This document shows, piece by piece, positions 50,549 through 64,000 of a stretch of DNA of 64,000 nucleotides (position 1 is the first letter of the stretch; each line of letters begins with the position of its first letter). Under the pieces are notes generated by a model. The model was not told the origin of the DNA, did not search any database, and saw only the letters and a list, made by a program, of their open reading frames with translations. Both the position numbers and the translations under genes were made by a program. Source of the stretch: Trichoplax adhaerens (taxonomy: Eukaryota; Animalia; Placozoa); contig NW_002060943.1 in the NCBI RefSeq assembly GCF_000150275.1, positions 5,848,008-5,912,007 of the forward strand, given 5' to 3'.

Positions 50549-53500
50549 CTAATCCTCAGGTTGGCATAGCAGCGCAACACCTCGTAGTACCCAATGCTCT
50601 GGTGGGTGATCACTTGGTAAATTTATGGAAGTAACAAAATTATTCGACAATCCAGTTGAGGAAAGGCTACCAGCTCTTGAGGGTGTAATGTATACTGGAC
50701 ACTCATAAAAATAACGACCTGATTTCTCTTCTTTAATTCGAGATATCTGTAAGAAAACAGTCGCGAGAATTTATATTTTGAAAACAAAAGCTTACGAAAA
50801 TACTGCAATGTAACGACATTAAAGCATCTACATTAGTGAAGACCCAAGTGGGCTGCGACTCTTGGTATTGCAAATTAGCAATAATCGCTAGTAATTTACA
50901 TGAACGGCAGTGCTCAATCTAAGCAACGGTCTCTACTGAAATATTGACTTTTTATTGCATTGACAAGGAGCAACTTCATCATGTAGTAACTTCTTAGAAC
51001 GATGAGTACATGAATTTCAGTAATGATTCCATTCATAATCTTACCTCTACAGCTTTGCATGTGATGGATGGCATCATACTATGCTTTTGTTCTATTTTGG
51101 GATCACGTAAAGATAAAAAATCTTCATCCCAGTGAGCTCCATCCAGATGTAATCCATATATAATAAAACCATCCAAGATATCCTTCACAAATGAAAAACC
51201 AATTCAACTTCAATAACTTCGATGAAAATGCAATATACCCTCTCTTTATCTTTAGTACTTTATTGTGACTTATAACACTTTGTTTTCTGATTATTTCGTT
51301 ACCCTGATGGCATCATTAAGCTAACAAAAGCTTTCTAGAATTTGCTTTATATAATTACATTTTGAAATTACCTGATTGCTGCCGAACTGCTGCGAATTAA
51401 AGTCCGAATACATGGTCGAAGTATCCTCATATCCTAAGATGTTATGTTGAAATTGTATGGTATCAACGGGTAAATTCAATATACGAGCACAATGTTGCAG
51501 TGCCGAAGTCAAAAATCCTGAAAGAAGCGACATAATGATTATTAAATCAAAAATTTCCCATCGAACCCATGTTGATATACTATCAATGAGTAATTATGGA
51601 TTATTTGTAATTATAATTATTAGATTTCGCTAAAATTTCTTCATCCATAAGAATTTGGGACGCAAAAGAGAATATCGCTACTACAACAGTTTTTCGTAAT
51701 ATAGCTGAAATACCTTGAGGGTAAAAGAATGCCGGCAGCCAAAATGAATCAGGATACCCTTTAAAATTGGAGCTAGTATCGAATGTGTACTTTGTCGAGG
51801 TAATGGAATCACGCGATGGAAGCCTGGAATGGCTACTACTACAAAAGAACAACGCGCAGGAATTATACAATTATACGTTAAAGATTTCCCACGCTTTTAA
51901 AATTAACATCTGAGTTTTTTATAACCAAATTAAAATATGTATCACAACATGAACATTACTATCGTACAGCTCACTACCTTATATCTGCTTTGGAAATTTC
52001 AGATCTGACAGAAGAGACAGTTGCACTAATCAGACTATTCTTCTTCCTAACTTGCGAAGCTTCCATGGCTAAATCCAACCAGTACTGTATAAAATCTATA
52101 CGTCGAATCAGATCCGTTACCCAAGAGCCTAATCGTCTACTTGATTCGTAACAAACAGCCTGAAATATAATAATATACATGTAATTTAGGAAACAAAAAT
52201 ACTGGTACCAAAGCATAAAGAAAGACTTTTACAATTTTAGCAACTATAGTTGCCACATACCATCCATAATTTAGGAACCCGATTTCTCAAGAGTGCAACA
52301 TATGTCTGCTCTAATTCTTCTGACATAATTACTCGCCCTTCTATACCTAGTTTGAGTGCCTTTAATGTTTGATGAACCTTGTGCAATAACCTTTGTGGCG
52401 GAAAAAAGAACTTTATTAGGCTTAATACATGAACATCAATTCCATAATAACGATTCAGTAAACAGCATCTTCATTCACAACTAATACAGTATTTTACCTA
52501 TTGAAACGCACACATTCCAGTTTTAAAGCAGTATCTAAAGCTGTGTAAGGTGTAAATTCTTGTTGGAAAGGTTGATAAAATAAACGCTGTTCTGCTAGTA
52601 CTGCCAGGTCATCATGTGCCGCACCAATAGCTGCAGTTGGCAAACCATATTTCGTTTGATTTTGAGTTATGACTAAATTGATTTCTAATGGTATCGTACT
52701 CTGCATTTCTTCAAGGATTTGTAGAACTATTCCATCGCTACCTTGATCATACCTGTGTTTAGATTAGCACGTCACAAAAAACATACTTTTATTAATATCA
52801 CGCGATAATCTTATAGCTTTTAAGAAATATAAGTTTTATTTTTAACCTATATTGCTTACCCAGCTATTTTCTGCCCATGTGAGTCAATAGCTTGCAATAC
52901 CTCCACAATCAATTTACCTTGAGTTAACAAGAAAGTTTTCTCAGCAGTTTGATGCATCCCAAATACCTCTGACGAATCTGTTGGTGGCAAACTTTCTATA
53001 TATTCAATACATTCTGTGAAGCTAGCATCTGTCCGAATAGGTCGATAAACCTACGATAGTAATGAAGCCATATTATATTTTGCAAAAATAATTTCTAAGT
53101 AAACATTTACAAATGCTTTTACTAGCCTTCATACGTAATATAAATATGCAATTATTCATAGTAACATAATAGCAATAGAATACTACTCTCCTTACAAATA
53201 AGAAAAATAAAGCACTTTAATTTAAAGTGTCTACGTAATATTATAGCGTTAATCAGCAAAATTATATCTTACCTGGTTTGATGTATAAGAATAATGATCT
53301 GTAACACAGTCTCTTCCGCAAAATTTCGTTAAAATCCCTCTCAAGCATCTTCTATCCCACTCATCAGTTACGCGCCCTCCATAAGCCAACTCTCCAATTA
53401 AGTAATGAATTTTATCCCAAGGTGTATCTTCCTCTGATAGCAACATTCGCAATAACTGAATAGAAACCTTAGGTAAACATTAGAAATTATATCGAGTTAA

Positions 53501-56500
53501 TTAGAAATAGTGATAAGAGTGCATATTAATAATTTGATGCTACATTCCGCGGGATACCGTAGTAGAACGGTATTCTAAAAAATTATTATCGCATCTGCAG
53601 ATTTTTATTCAATATTGAAATTAATTAACCTCTAAATCAGAAGTGCTAAATTCGTAAGGAATATTCCATCCCAGTGGTCCATATTTCTTCCTTTCAAGAA
53701 CAACTGCATTAAAGAAGCACAATCCAAAGAGAACTTTTTTCCAAGCAGGTCCAGTATGGTGATCTTCGAATGACTCCTCATAAATTAAGCCACTGTTAAA
53801 TGACTGCAGCAAATTAGCTTTCAGACCTTGCGGTGGTTCAACACTGATCTACAATTAATAAATTTTGCAGATATAAAAATTACTCCATTAATGTTAAAGT
53901 ACATTGATATGACATAAAAAAATACTAAAATGCTAATTCAAAATTTGCTACAAGATTCATTCAGCATTAAAATAGCCTATGAAATATCGAGATTATAAGT
54001 ATAACATACTTTCAACCCGGCTTGCAAGATATCAACTGGAAAGAATGGATCAGGCTTGGAGCTTAGCCAAAGTCGAAAGTAGGGATCAATTGTGTCACTA
54101 CCCGATACAATCCTACCCGATAATCATAGTCATAAGTTATTCGTAAGGAATCGTTTTTTAACCTATTTACTTATATTCATTCAGTAATCACAATCCATCA
54201 TCATATCGAATTGCTCAGACTTATTTACTAGAGTGATTGGTTACATGACTCACTCATCAACAATTCGGCGTAACTCTGGCATGAAAGATTCTGCAAGATG
54301 ACAATTTTGTAGTAAAACCCATCGTCCATTCTGCTGGGAGCAGGCTTTATTTATTAATTCGACAGCTCTAGGACCTTGGCCACGACCTAATGATACGATA
54401 TCAATATTGGTAATAGAACCAAACTTGTCTCTAGCAAATCTCTCCAATATGGAAATGGGATCGCTGCCTATTATTCGTGATCAATAAAATCATTTTATAA
54501 ATTAAGCAATGATCAATGATATGCGCTTGTGATATACTGGAATGATGATACTTTTAGTAGATGATGTAAAATTGCATTTGCAGTAACGTTATTCAAAAAT
54601 TGAATAAAAATCTACAGATTTTATTCACCTGGCGAAAGTAAAAAAATTAATGGTGTTTTACAGTTTGATTGCTTATAGATTTCTTTTATGTCAAAACCAC
54701 CAGCAGATATTAAACTATTGCCCATTGATTCTTCGATATAATACCAAATTGAAAGACTTAAAACATCTGGTCTTAGAACTTTAATCAAAATCAATCGATG
54801 GAAACAAGATAAATTGCTGACTTGAAACGGATTTTCTTCCTTGGAGATATCACTACTATCTATTTTGTCAGGGTTAGCGAAAAAATGAAGAATAAATAAT
54901 TACTAAAGGAAATGAATATTTAGAAAATCTAAACCGGATTAGAAGTTGACTCAAGATAAACTGTCATCTTGCAGAAGGCATCATAGGATATTTATCTAAC
55001 CTATCTTGTATATTCTAAAAATTATATTAAAAGCCTACAAGGTCAATGTTTCTAATTACGGTATTTTTTAGCTATTTGCAACAATTTCAGCAATAGAAAA
55101 ATCTAAAAGTTAAATTAATTTGCATTAATAATTACTTATATATCAACATTACCTTCGCTAACTGTACTACTGGTATCATTGGTTTCTGATTGCTCATTAG
55201 ACATTTCCGTAACATTGCCTTTGAGTTTAAAATATGGAATTTCAGATTTCGAAAATGCTTCCCAAAATCCTTTATTATTCAATATGTGATCGGTAAGACC
55301 ATGGAATTCTATCATTCTCTTGGCTAACTCGCGACATTCATGCCATGCAGACTGTATAACATTATTACACATTAAGGTGAAGACTAAGCATATTCAAATG
55401 TAATTAGAGTGTTTAACATGCGATTTCACATGATGGACAATTTTAAAACAATTTGTAATAACACTTACATCTGTAATCCACCTAACTGGAGATGGGCTAA
55501 AATGTCCAGTATGAAACGATAGCTGCTTTGAATCACTATGGCTGAGTGGATTTCGCTTTTTTTCTTCAAATAAATGGGTATCCTTAGTGGCGTAATGTGC
55601 GCCATGTAAAAAGGTATTCCACTCCATTTCAGTTATTAATTCACTTTTATCCTGCAACTGATCACCACCCTTATGCCACAAATGCAAAGTGACAAGGCAA
55701 TAAAATTAATAATTACCCAAATGGTAGTGTCCCGCTATATTAATGCGCTAATTTTATTCTTACATGATTAGAAGCAAGGATGCGTGTAGTTAAAATAAAG
55801 GAAAAGGTTAACTGATGGCGAGAAAATAATCCTTGCGAGACCAATCGATAGACAGCCATAGTAATTTTATACATTGAGTTCCTTATATATGTCTCAAATT
55901 TTTCCTCGGGTTTTTCTTCTTCCTTCACCACATTGTATCCATCATTTGTTGGCGTACTACTATGGATTTCTAATTTTATCACATAAGAGAGTAATAATAA
56001 TTATTAATGTCTAGCAACCATAAAATATCATGGAAGGATTCTTGTTTCATATCATCACTACAAGAACTCTAAAGTTAAATCTACCAAATGTAAACAACCT
56101 GCTTGAATATTTAGAATTCTCCTAGAGCTAGCTCTCCTTTGAGTTGATGCAGGCGATGAGGCTGGCCGTTTATTTTTAATATTAGAGATACAGTCAGAGA
56201 ATAGATTGGTAAACCAAGCCAAAGAAAATTGATACATATGATTTATAAATGCCAAATCTTGCAAAGCAAAATAGATGATAGCGCCCCTCGTAGCAATCTA
56301 TTTTAATATAAAGATATTCCAATTTTAATTTATTCAAGAGCAATATCATTTCCGAAAGCATGAGATAAGCTCAGAATTAAGATTAAAATTTGCTATCCAG
56401 CTAGAGCTCTTAAGTAGAAATTTAAACGATAAAATTCTAAATTTCGATAGCGCCTCGAATTGTAGAAGATAGAAAAGAATTTTAAGCAACCGTAAGAGTT

Positions 56501-59500
56501 ACATTAAATGACATCAAAAAGTCACGGATATCACAAAATTACTCAATCCACTCAACGTAGATAATTTCAATCAATTACATCTAATAAAAATGAATCGGAT
56601 TTCTGTGATTTATTGTGCGACTTAAAATGGAAAGGGAAGCAAACATACTGCGAAAAAATCTACCCAATTCGATATCAACATTAGTACCATTGCCTATTTT
56701 ATATTAAAATTAACATCAAACTGTAATTATAGTGTATCCTTCACTAAGAGCGAGTAGTTTAGAATAACTTTGACTTACTAATTCAAATTTAAAAGTTAAG
56801 GTAAATAATATCCTGAGCTAAGAGCATGCAATATTAAGAAGAAGGAGAAAAGTTAATTGGATTTCTATGATTTTTAATGCGACTTAAAATGAAAAGGGGA
56901 ATAAATTCACTGCCAAAAAATCTACCCAATTCTATATCAAAATTAGTATTACTGACTATTTTCCATTAAAATTAAAATCAAATTATAATTATAGTATATC
57001 CTGCGCTAAATGTGTACAATATTAAATGATTTTGACATACTAATTAAAATTGAAAGGTTAAAATAAATAATACTTAGAACTAAGAGCATGCAACATTAAA
57101 TAATTTCCACTTTCTAATTAGAATTAAGTTAAATAATAATCTGAAATCATAAAGTGTTCAAAATTATATGCTTTCAATTGCTATTCATATACTAGTAGTC
57201 CTATAAAATTTCTCTATCGCTAAGTAAGGCTTTATATTCTTAAATAAAATGCGTATTTATCACGAATCTTTACCGGAAAAAATTTATTTCTATTGACATC
57301 GATTTTTCTCTGAGTGCTTTCAGACTGTGATACTCGCTCTTTAATAACAGCAGACGTCTTCTTGCTTTCCTCCAACGATGTCACTAAATTTTCATCGTCT
57401 AGTATGTTGCCTATTAAAATTTATAATGTACCCGTATTTTATCAATTAATTGATCGATCAAGCAATAAAGTTAGCGATAGTAATACAGCTTATAGTATAA
57501 TCTACAATTTCTATGAACTTACCCTCAGAATCCTGCAAGGAAGTAAGTACTTTATCTTCGATATCACGCAGTTTTACTTTGTCGCTTGCAATACTCTCTA
57601 ATAGGTTTTGACGCTGTATTTCAAGCTGCGGCTTTTCCTGCAGAATAGAATTGAAAGCACTCAAAATCAGTAACTTTATTACATTGTAATTCCTACGTAA
57701 CACATTCTTGTTACTAGGAGTCATTAACAACTTGGATACACCATCATCATTGCATCTCATTTAAAAGCAAAAAGCATAATATTAATATGTAAGTGTACAT
57801 TATAATTTCTATATAACGCATTACTACAAATTATTAACAACTTGGTTATATCATCATCATTGTATTGCATTTAAATTCAAGAAATATAAAAACGAAATAT
57901 TTAATGTTATTGTAGGAATATTTAAATAGTAATACGATTGAACCTTTTGAACTACAATCGATAGCAGTTGATCTCTTAATCCATCAAAAGTTGTTGAAAA
58001 GTTGACTACCGTCACTTTAGCACAAGTCTCGGGTAAATAAATAGGATTAGCCAATTGTGTTGTCAAATAAAGCCTAAGATATTTTGACAAGTGCCGTTTA
58101 GAAGAAACATTGATCCATTTTAACCATTATTAAGAAACAATTCATCTAACCTAAAATTAGAGTTATACGCCAACTCTGTATCTCCAATTTGGATAACAGC
58201 CTGCCCACCCCTATTTTCTAAATGCTTCAGCAAAATAGGACGAAGAGAGGGATCCAAGGTGTCATCAATGCCCTAAAGGAACATAATTAGAGTAATCGTA
58301 TTTTCAACTATTTGAGGGCCAGAATGACAACAATGTTGAAATCATTAGTACAAATATTCTGCACCTCCAAGAGTACGGGTTCCCCAACTCGAATAGCATT
58401 TTCTAAAGTTCTCATGTAATTTACGTCCGTAGATTTAACTAATTTTAATCGTTCACCTTCCATCCTTCGAATCCAACTAAAGAAACAGGTTAATTATAAG
58501 TAATGACTCCATAAAATTACAATATCAGCTCCAGGAGATTATCCAACATATGTATCCTTGCAATAAAATATATCTGCTATTTAAAGATACCAAGAAATAT
58601 CTTACAGTCTTGCTTGGCCTTGTGGATCAATCATAAGTGGCCATTTATAACAATTCATAACTATAACAGCATTTTGACGTGAATGATCATTCTTCGGCAA
58701 TCCAAGAGCATGCCAACCTTGCATCTTTCAAAATCATGGGGAACAAATGAACATTAAAGGAAAAGTAAATTTCAAGCTATGAAGCATAAAATGTAAACAG
58801 CAACCCCAAATTTTCTTACATCCAGATTAGATGACAGATGTGATATGAAGGAATAGTTTTTTGCGATGGGAATTTCTTCTTGGCTACATTTCCCAACCCA
58901 ATCTGAGATTAATTGCTTTCGGTAATCTACTGTAAAAGCCCCTGCATAAGTAGAGTAGGCAGCGGAGAGAAGGGAATCACCAACAATGGTTTCTAGATGT
59001 ATATCTAATTCATCAATTGCGTCAGACCAGCGATCCTAATGAGCAAAAGGCATAAAAGGTTGATTTAATATTGGATGCCTTTGTAAGTTTAACGAATCTA
59101 TATATATTAAAATAATTTGCCCGTGCGTGCGTGTACTTTTCAGTACATAATAAATATCAAGTAAAAAATACACGCATAGACCAGACTATAACGAACCATG
59201 GGCTCGTAGTAGTGAAGATAGTTTTAAAAGAGTAATAATAATATAATCACAGTTTCAATTACAGATATAACACTATCAATGTCCATTAAAAGCAAAAAAA
59301 TTGTAAACCTTTTCTCCAGATAATGACTTTGTTAGCAATGTCGCTCTATATTGCCTTAACGTAGACAGTTCCTTATGTTGCCATAAATATTCATGATCAG
59401 CTACACTTTTCTTATAACGTTTTTGCAGATCTTTCAAGTGCTTTTCTATTTCTCGCAATTTCTGCTGTTTACGATCTAGATTGTCCCTAGCTAGCTCTAG

Positions 59501-62500
59501 TTCATTTTTAAGTGTTTCATAACGATTCATCTTCGGCTTTACAATCTGTAGATGACATAGATCCATTCTTGTAATTAGCAGAATAAAGGCAGCTGTAACG
59601 GGTAATATCGGATGCTAAAGTATCACTGCAATTAAATACGAACTTTATAAACTTCTGCATAATGTTGTACTGCTAAAACCCACTGGCACATTGATTTACA
59701 AGCCACAGATACTTGACCAACTTTTTCCGGAGTAAAGTCGGCTTGACTAGTGTACTTATGTAATCTTGCTAAATTCTGAAAGATGAACATAGTTTTAAAG
59801 AGGAATTAAAATAACATCCAATGATTAAAACCAACTAACGCATCAATCAAATTTAGCTTTAGTAGCGTGAATGACTTTTAAAATAACAGCAAATATTTTA
59901 CCCTATCCGACAAGCTAGATTTATCAAATGTGATCAGTTTAACAAGAAAAGTAGTATCCGTTAAAAGCTGCTTAGCGGTAACCCAATCGGCCTTCTCCTG
60001 GAGAAGTGTACACACAGCAGCCATTACAGTCATAACCAAATCTGGAGGGTTAGTATAAACCCGAATTTCAGCAATATCGGATTTATCTAATGCATTCAAA
60101 GCAGAATTAGCAGCATCCAATGCTGGTAGAGCTTTGTTTAAATCCAATTCCGCATCCTAGATATAATTAATCAGATCAGATCCAATCAACCCATAAACAA
60201 TTAGACTTGGCTCACCAATGCAAACCTGATCTCTCACTGATATAATCTGAGCAATTTGATACCTTAGTAATCTGTTCTACTTCACGAGCTTCTTGTGCTG
60301 TTAAAGCTTCTTCCGTTTCTATCAAGGTCTTCATTTTCTCTACTTCTGTTTCTTCATTTTTTAATTCAGTCATCAATTTCTCATTTTCCTATTATATGGA
60401 GACTAACAGTTTAATCATATACCAATAATTATGAATTCCTTTTCTAAAAATTGATGGAATAGACACTCAAATTACCTGAGCTTTTAATTCGATTAACGGA
60501 CCAAGTTTAACCAGTTCGTCTTTAATACTGATAACAAATGTTTCAGCTTGTTGTAACTTACTTAGACCACTTTTTAACCTCTCCCTAAAGTTGTATTTTA
60601 TTGAGAATTAGAGACTTGGTTTACAAATCAACCAATCTAGAGGGATGTTTAACGCAGTAGACAAATAAAGTAACATAGCGTACTTATTTCTAGCAATCTT
60701 TTGCTGCTGATCACTCAACATTTTAGCAAATAAATGCATTGAATCTAAATAATTAGTTGGTGTTAAGTAGTAATGTCGTTTAATTTCATCAGCCATCTTT
60801 GTTGCCATTTCTTTTGAGCTCATGAAGAAAGCGACACAAGCATCAGCCAAGCTAATACAGTAATTCTAAATTGATCAAACAAGATAATAAGTAATAAAAA
60901 ATAAAAGCCAGGTAACACAGTTTTAATAAGTATACGATTTGGTGAGGTTAAAATTGATTAATGCCTTCTTTCTCTATACCAACCTGTAAATTGGTCAATT
61001 TATTACTCTTGCTTTTCGCATTATCTTTACTTTTGGGTAATGGGATATCTAGGTTATATAAGTACTTTGTAGCCACTGAATGTAAGGCATTTGCCGGCCA
61101 TTCATCGTACCAGTCAATTGTGCAACAGTTGACTAAAGCTGAGTAAGTTCGGCATCGCTTGCGAAATTGTTTACCAGTTGGACTAGTACAAAAGGCAATA
61201 TGTAGATTTTCCTGCACTCTCTATTAATTAAAGAGATAGAAAATATACCATTTATAACCCGTAATTGTCATAAAGTGGAATACACTGTTAATAGGTTCGC
61301 TGGACTTTAAAGAACGCATGGTAATAGCAATTCTGTCCATTTCATCGCGGTCAAACAGTTCCGGTATATTGCCACTGTCTAGGATGCAATTGATATCATC
61401 TAACATCACGTCCTAAAATGTTAAGCATACCCAATTTAACTTATAATTATAATGACAGACTGATAGTTGTAATATTATAAACGAATAACTTTCCATCTAT
61501 ATTAATGGAGCAATGCTTACTACTCAAATGGATTTAGGAATCGTATAGTACTATCATACATTGACTAAGTTATATAACCTAAATTGCTCCCTCAATATCC
61601 GTCATCTCTACATTACCCATGTTACATTCACTACATGTAGTACTGAAGATCATTTACTTATAATCAATAAATCAATCAGGAAAGCAATAGTAAGAACAAA
61701 TTTTAACTGGTATTATGTAGCATTGAAATGAAATTATACCTTAACGATATGTTCATCTTTCAAAATAAAAACACATTTAACGCCATCTACCCCTGCTCGT
61801 AAAAATAGGCTGCGGAGATCTTCGTGAAATTCTGTCATTCCGTATCCTCTAATGACATTAAGATAATGTATCTGGCACTGTGCAATGTAGGCTGCAAGTT
61901 CAGCCACTACTTGTTTTCCTGTGCCACCGATTCCAACCTAGTCAAGATAGAAGATCAACTAGTATCTCGTTCAAAAATAATATTGCTATGATGATGAGGA
62001 ATGAAAAATAATCTTATTACCAGAAGCATATTCCCTCCAGGTTGCCTAAACACTCGAGCAGCACGCACAATATGTTGAATACACTCGTTAAAAAATATAA
62101 TTTGATTTTCCTAAACCATGATTAGTGACAAGAGAAAAGTTTAGCAATAAATTCAACTTATTATACTTGATAAAAACTACATTTTGATTTTCTATACAAT
62201 TCGTTGTGACAAGAAAAAGTTTAGCACCAATTCTCTAGTACTTATTACACTCGTTAAAAGCTAGTTTGATTTTCTGAAACCATTATTAGTAACAAGAGAA
62301 AAGTTTAACGATAAATTCTACTAATTGCACTCTTTATAAGCTATAGTTTGATTTTCCTATTCGATTACTAGAGCAAGAGAAAAGTTTAGTAACAAATTCT
62401 ACTTGTTATATTATAAATTATGATTTGATTTTCCTAAATAGCGCTTAATGATAAGAGAATGGTATAGCAATAAATTCCACTATTTTATTCGTTAAAAGCT

Positions 62501-64000
62501 ATGATTTGATTTTCCTAGGTGATTATTGGTGAGAAAAGAAAAGTTTAGTAATAAATCCTACTGTATTTGTTACACTCGTTAATTAAAAACTATAGTTTGA
62601 TTTTCCCAAACAATTATTAGCAATAACGGAAAAGTTTAGCAATAGAATTCTACGTGTTATACTCGTTATTAACTGTAGTTTCACTTTTCTACACAATTAT
62701 AGGTGACAAAAGAATAGTTTAGCAAAATACTAAAATTTAAACGTAGTGAAATATGGCTACTTGAACTGAATGCTATACTATTTTAATGTCGTAGCATATG
62801 CATTGAGTTACATTGTTTTAGCCATTACTCTAATTCACCTTTCCGGTAGAATTTTTGTATCGATTGTTAAAGTCCACCAGAATATCAGTCAACGACCGAA
62901 AATCGCTCACTGGTTTATAAACTCTGTCTAATGAATGAGACTTTTCATCGCTGAAATCACAAAATACAAGCGTGTTCCTTTGTAATTGATTCCCTTCAAC
63001 ACTGGCCTAGAAGAACAGACGAATATCGGTTTAAGTAGTACACCTAATCGACTTTGCAAGTCTTTAAAATATCAGTAGGATATATTTACAAGCTCACGAT
63101 AAACGAAACTGTAATCGTTTATAACTGTAGACGCCATCTACAGTAAATAAAATGATCAAACGATGATGCAATTGTTATGGTAAAAATCAAACGATGATGC
63201 AATTGTAATGGTAAAAATCCTAGCAAGTACCTTGAAATAATCATGTAAACTGTTTGAAACAATTTTATAAAATTGCTTCCGGTCGTCTTGATCCACTAAG
63301 CGATCATAGAACACACGACTGACTTCATGAATGAGTAAATCGATATAATTTTGCTTTGTTACGATCGATAAAGGATCGGCTTGAGTAAGTCCTTGAATAA
63401 CCTATTGCAAAAACATCAATTTATTCTTCGAGGAATAAAATACATCCATGAAACAGTACCGTGTATAAAATTGGTGTGAATTTTACTCATTACCAGCTAC
63501 ACTACCCACAAATATAGTAACCAGCAATATCAAGTTTGTGCAGTACCTGAGCAAGATTTCTAACATTGAAGGTATAGTGTGGCTTTGATGGAGTAGGAAG
63601 CATCACTTTGTCAATTTTACGATAAATAGCAATGGCTGATGAGACAAGTGGTGCCATACAATCTCTCACTTCCGCAGTAAACTCATTTTTAGTTAAAAAT
63701 TGTCCTAACTGAGACTGGAAAATATGCCGTAATGACTTATCGGAAGGCTTGGATATACATAATACGCTGAAAAAAACATAATCAGAGTAATTAATCCACT
63801 TGTTAGCTTTAAATAGAACACTTTATGTGGCAAATAGTACCAAAAATGGCGTAAAATTCTCTCATTGAGTTGACTTCGGCTGCCTTCGGGCGGTGCACAT
63901 GCAGCAACGAATGCGACATCATAGATAGTCTATCATATTTAAAAGTACCACACGCTGAAATTAATCTATCCTTAATAAGCTTCTTTTATTATAGTATCTA
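50549..64000 (-). CDS. DNAH14: Inner-arm axonemal dynein heavy chain, DNAH14-like (DNAH6/14 group); 5'-partial, AAA3 to C-terminus
   Basis: [13 protein letters not shown]; AAA4 [12 protein letters not shown]; LVNCCTIDW; stalk/[36 protein letters not shown]; [12 protein letters not shown]; [44 protein letters not shown]; [11 protein letters not shown]; end [15 protein letters not shown]-stop at 50549. The family call is certain; the DNAH14 paralog call rests on remembered diagnostic residues. Confidence 0.8.
56597..57100. repeat. Diverged ~262-bp intronic tandem duplication (2 copies) in dynein
   Basis: GGATTTCT.TGATTT..TGCGACTTAAAATG...AAAAAATCTACCCAATTC...CTAAGAGCATGCAA.ATTAA at 56597 and 56859. 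Confidence 0.9.
59097..59212 (+). mobile_element. Possible short non-autonomous Helitron-like insertion in a dynein intron
   Basis: 5' end A|TCTATATATATTAAAA...CCCGTGCGTGCGTGT; subterminal hairpin ACGAACC-ATG-GGCTCGT (59191-59207); ends GTAG|T (canonical is CTRR). It sits between A and T with no TSD. Confidence 0.4.
62081..62725. repeat. Tandem array of ~82-bp units (8 copies) spanning a dynein intron/exon acceptor junction
   Basis: The TTTGATTTTC anchor occurs at 62101, 62183, 62265, 62347, 62424, 62505 and 62596, with a degenerate copy at ~62679. Each is followed by ..CAAGAGAAAAGTTTAGCAATAAATTC-like sequence. Confidence 0.92.
63155..63219. repeat. 31-bp intronic tandem duplication
   Basis: ATCAAACGATGATGCAATTGT(T/A)ATGGTAAAA x2. 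Confidence 0.9.

Overview
This window is AT-rich, intron-dense animal DNA with short GT-AG introns and one 50-N scaffold gap. Gene content and compactness suggest a placozoan such as Trichoplax, which is my inference and not proven. Exons were joined by hand from splice signals and reading phase. From left to right: (1) a promoter-like island and a 10-copy ~70-80 bp minisatellite; (2) two tandem minus-strand single-pass receptors built from a repeated MAM-Kringle-SRCR cassette, each with one apparent 1-bp frameshift, the second with a solo LTR in an intron; (3) head-to-head ECH1 / ALDH6A1; (4) head-to-head NUSAP1 / TMEM87; (5) the 3' half of an inner-arm axonemal dynein heavy chain (DNAH14-like). 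The most notable signals are the MAM-Kringle-SRCR receptor pair, palindromic TACAG/CTGTA arrays at both divergent promoters and the left-edge promoter, a U12-type AT-AA intron in TMEM87, and an 8-fold tandem array of a real splice acceptor inside the dynein gene. I recognised no CRISPR array, rRNA or tRNA.
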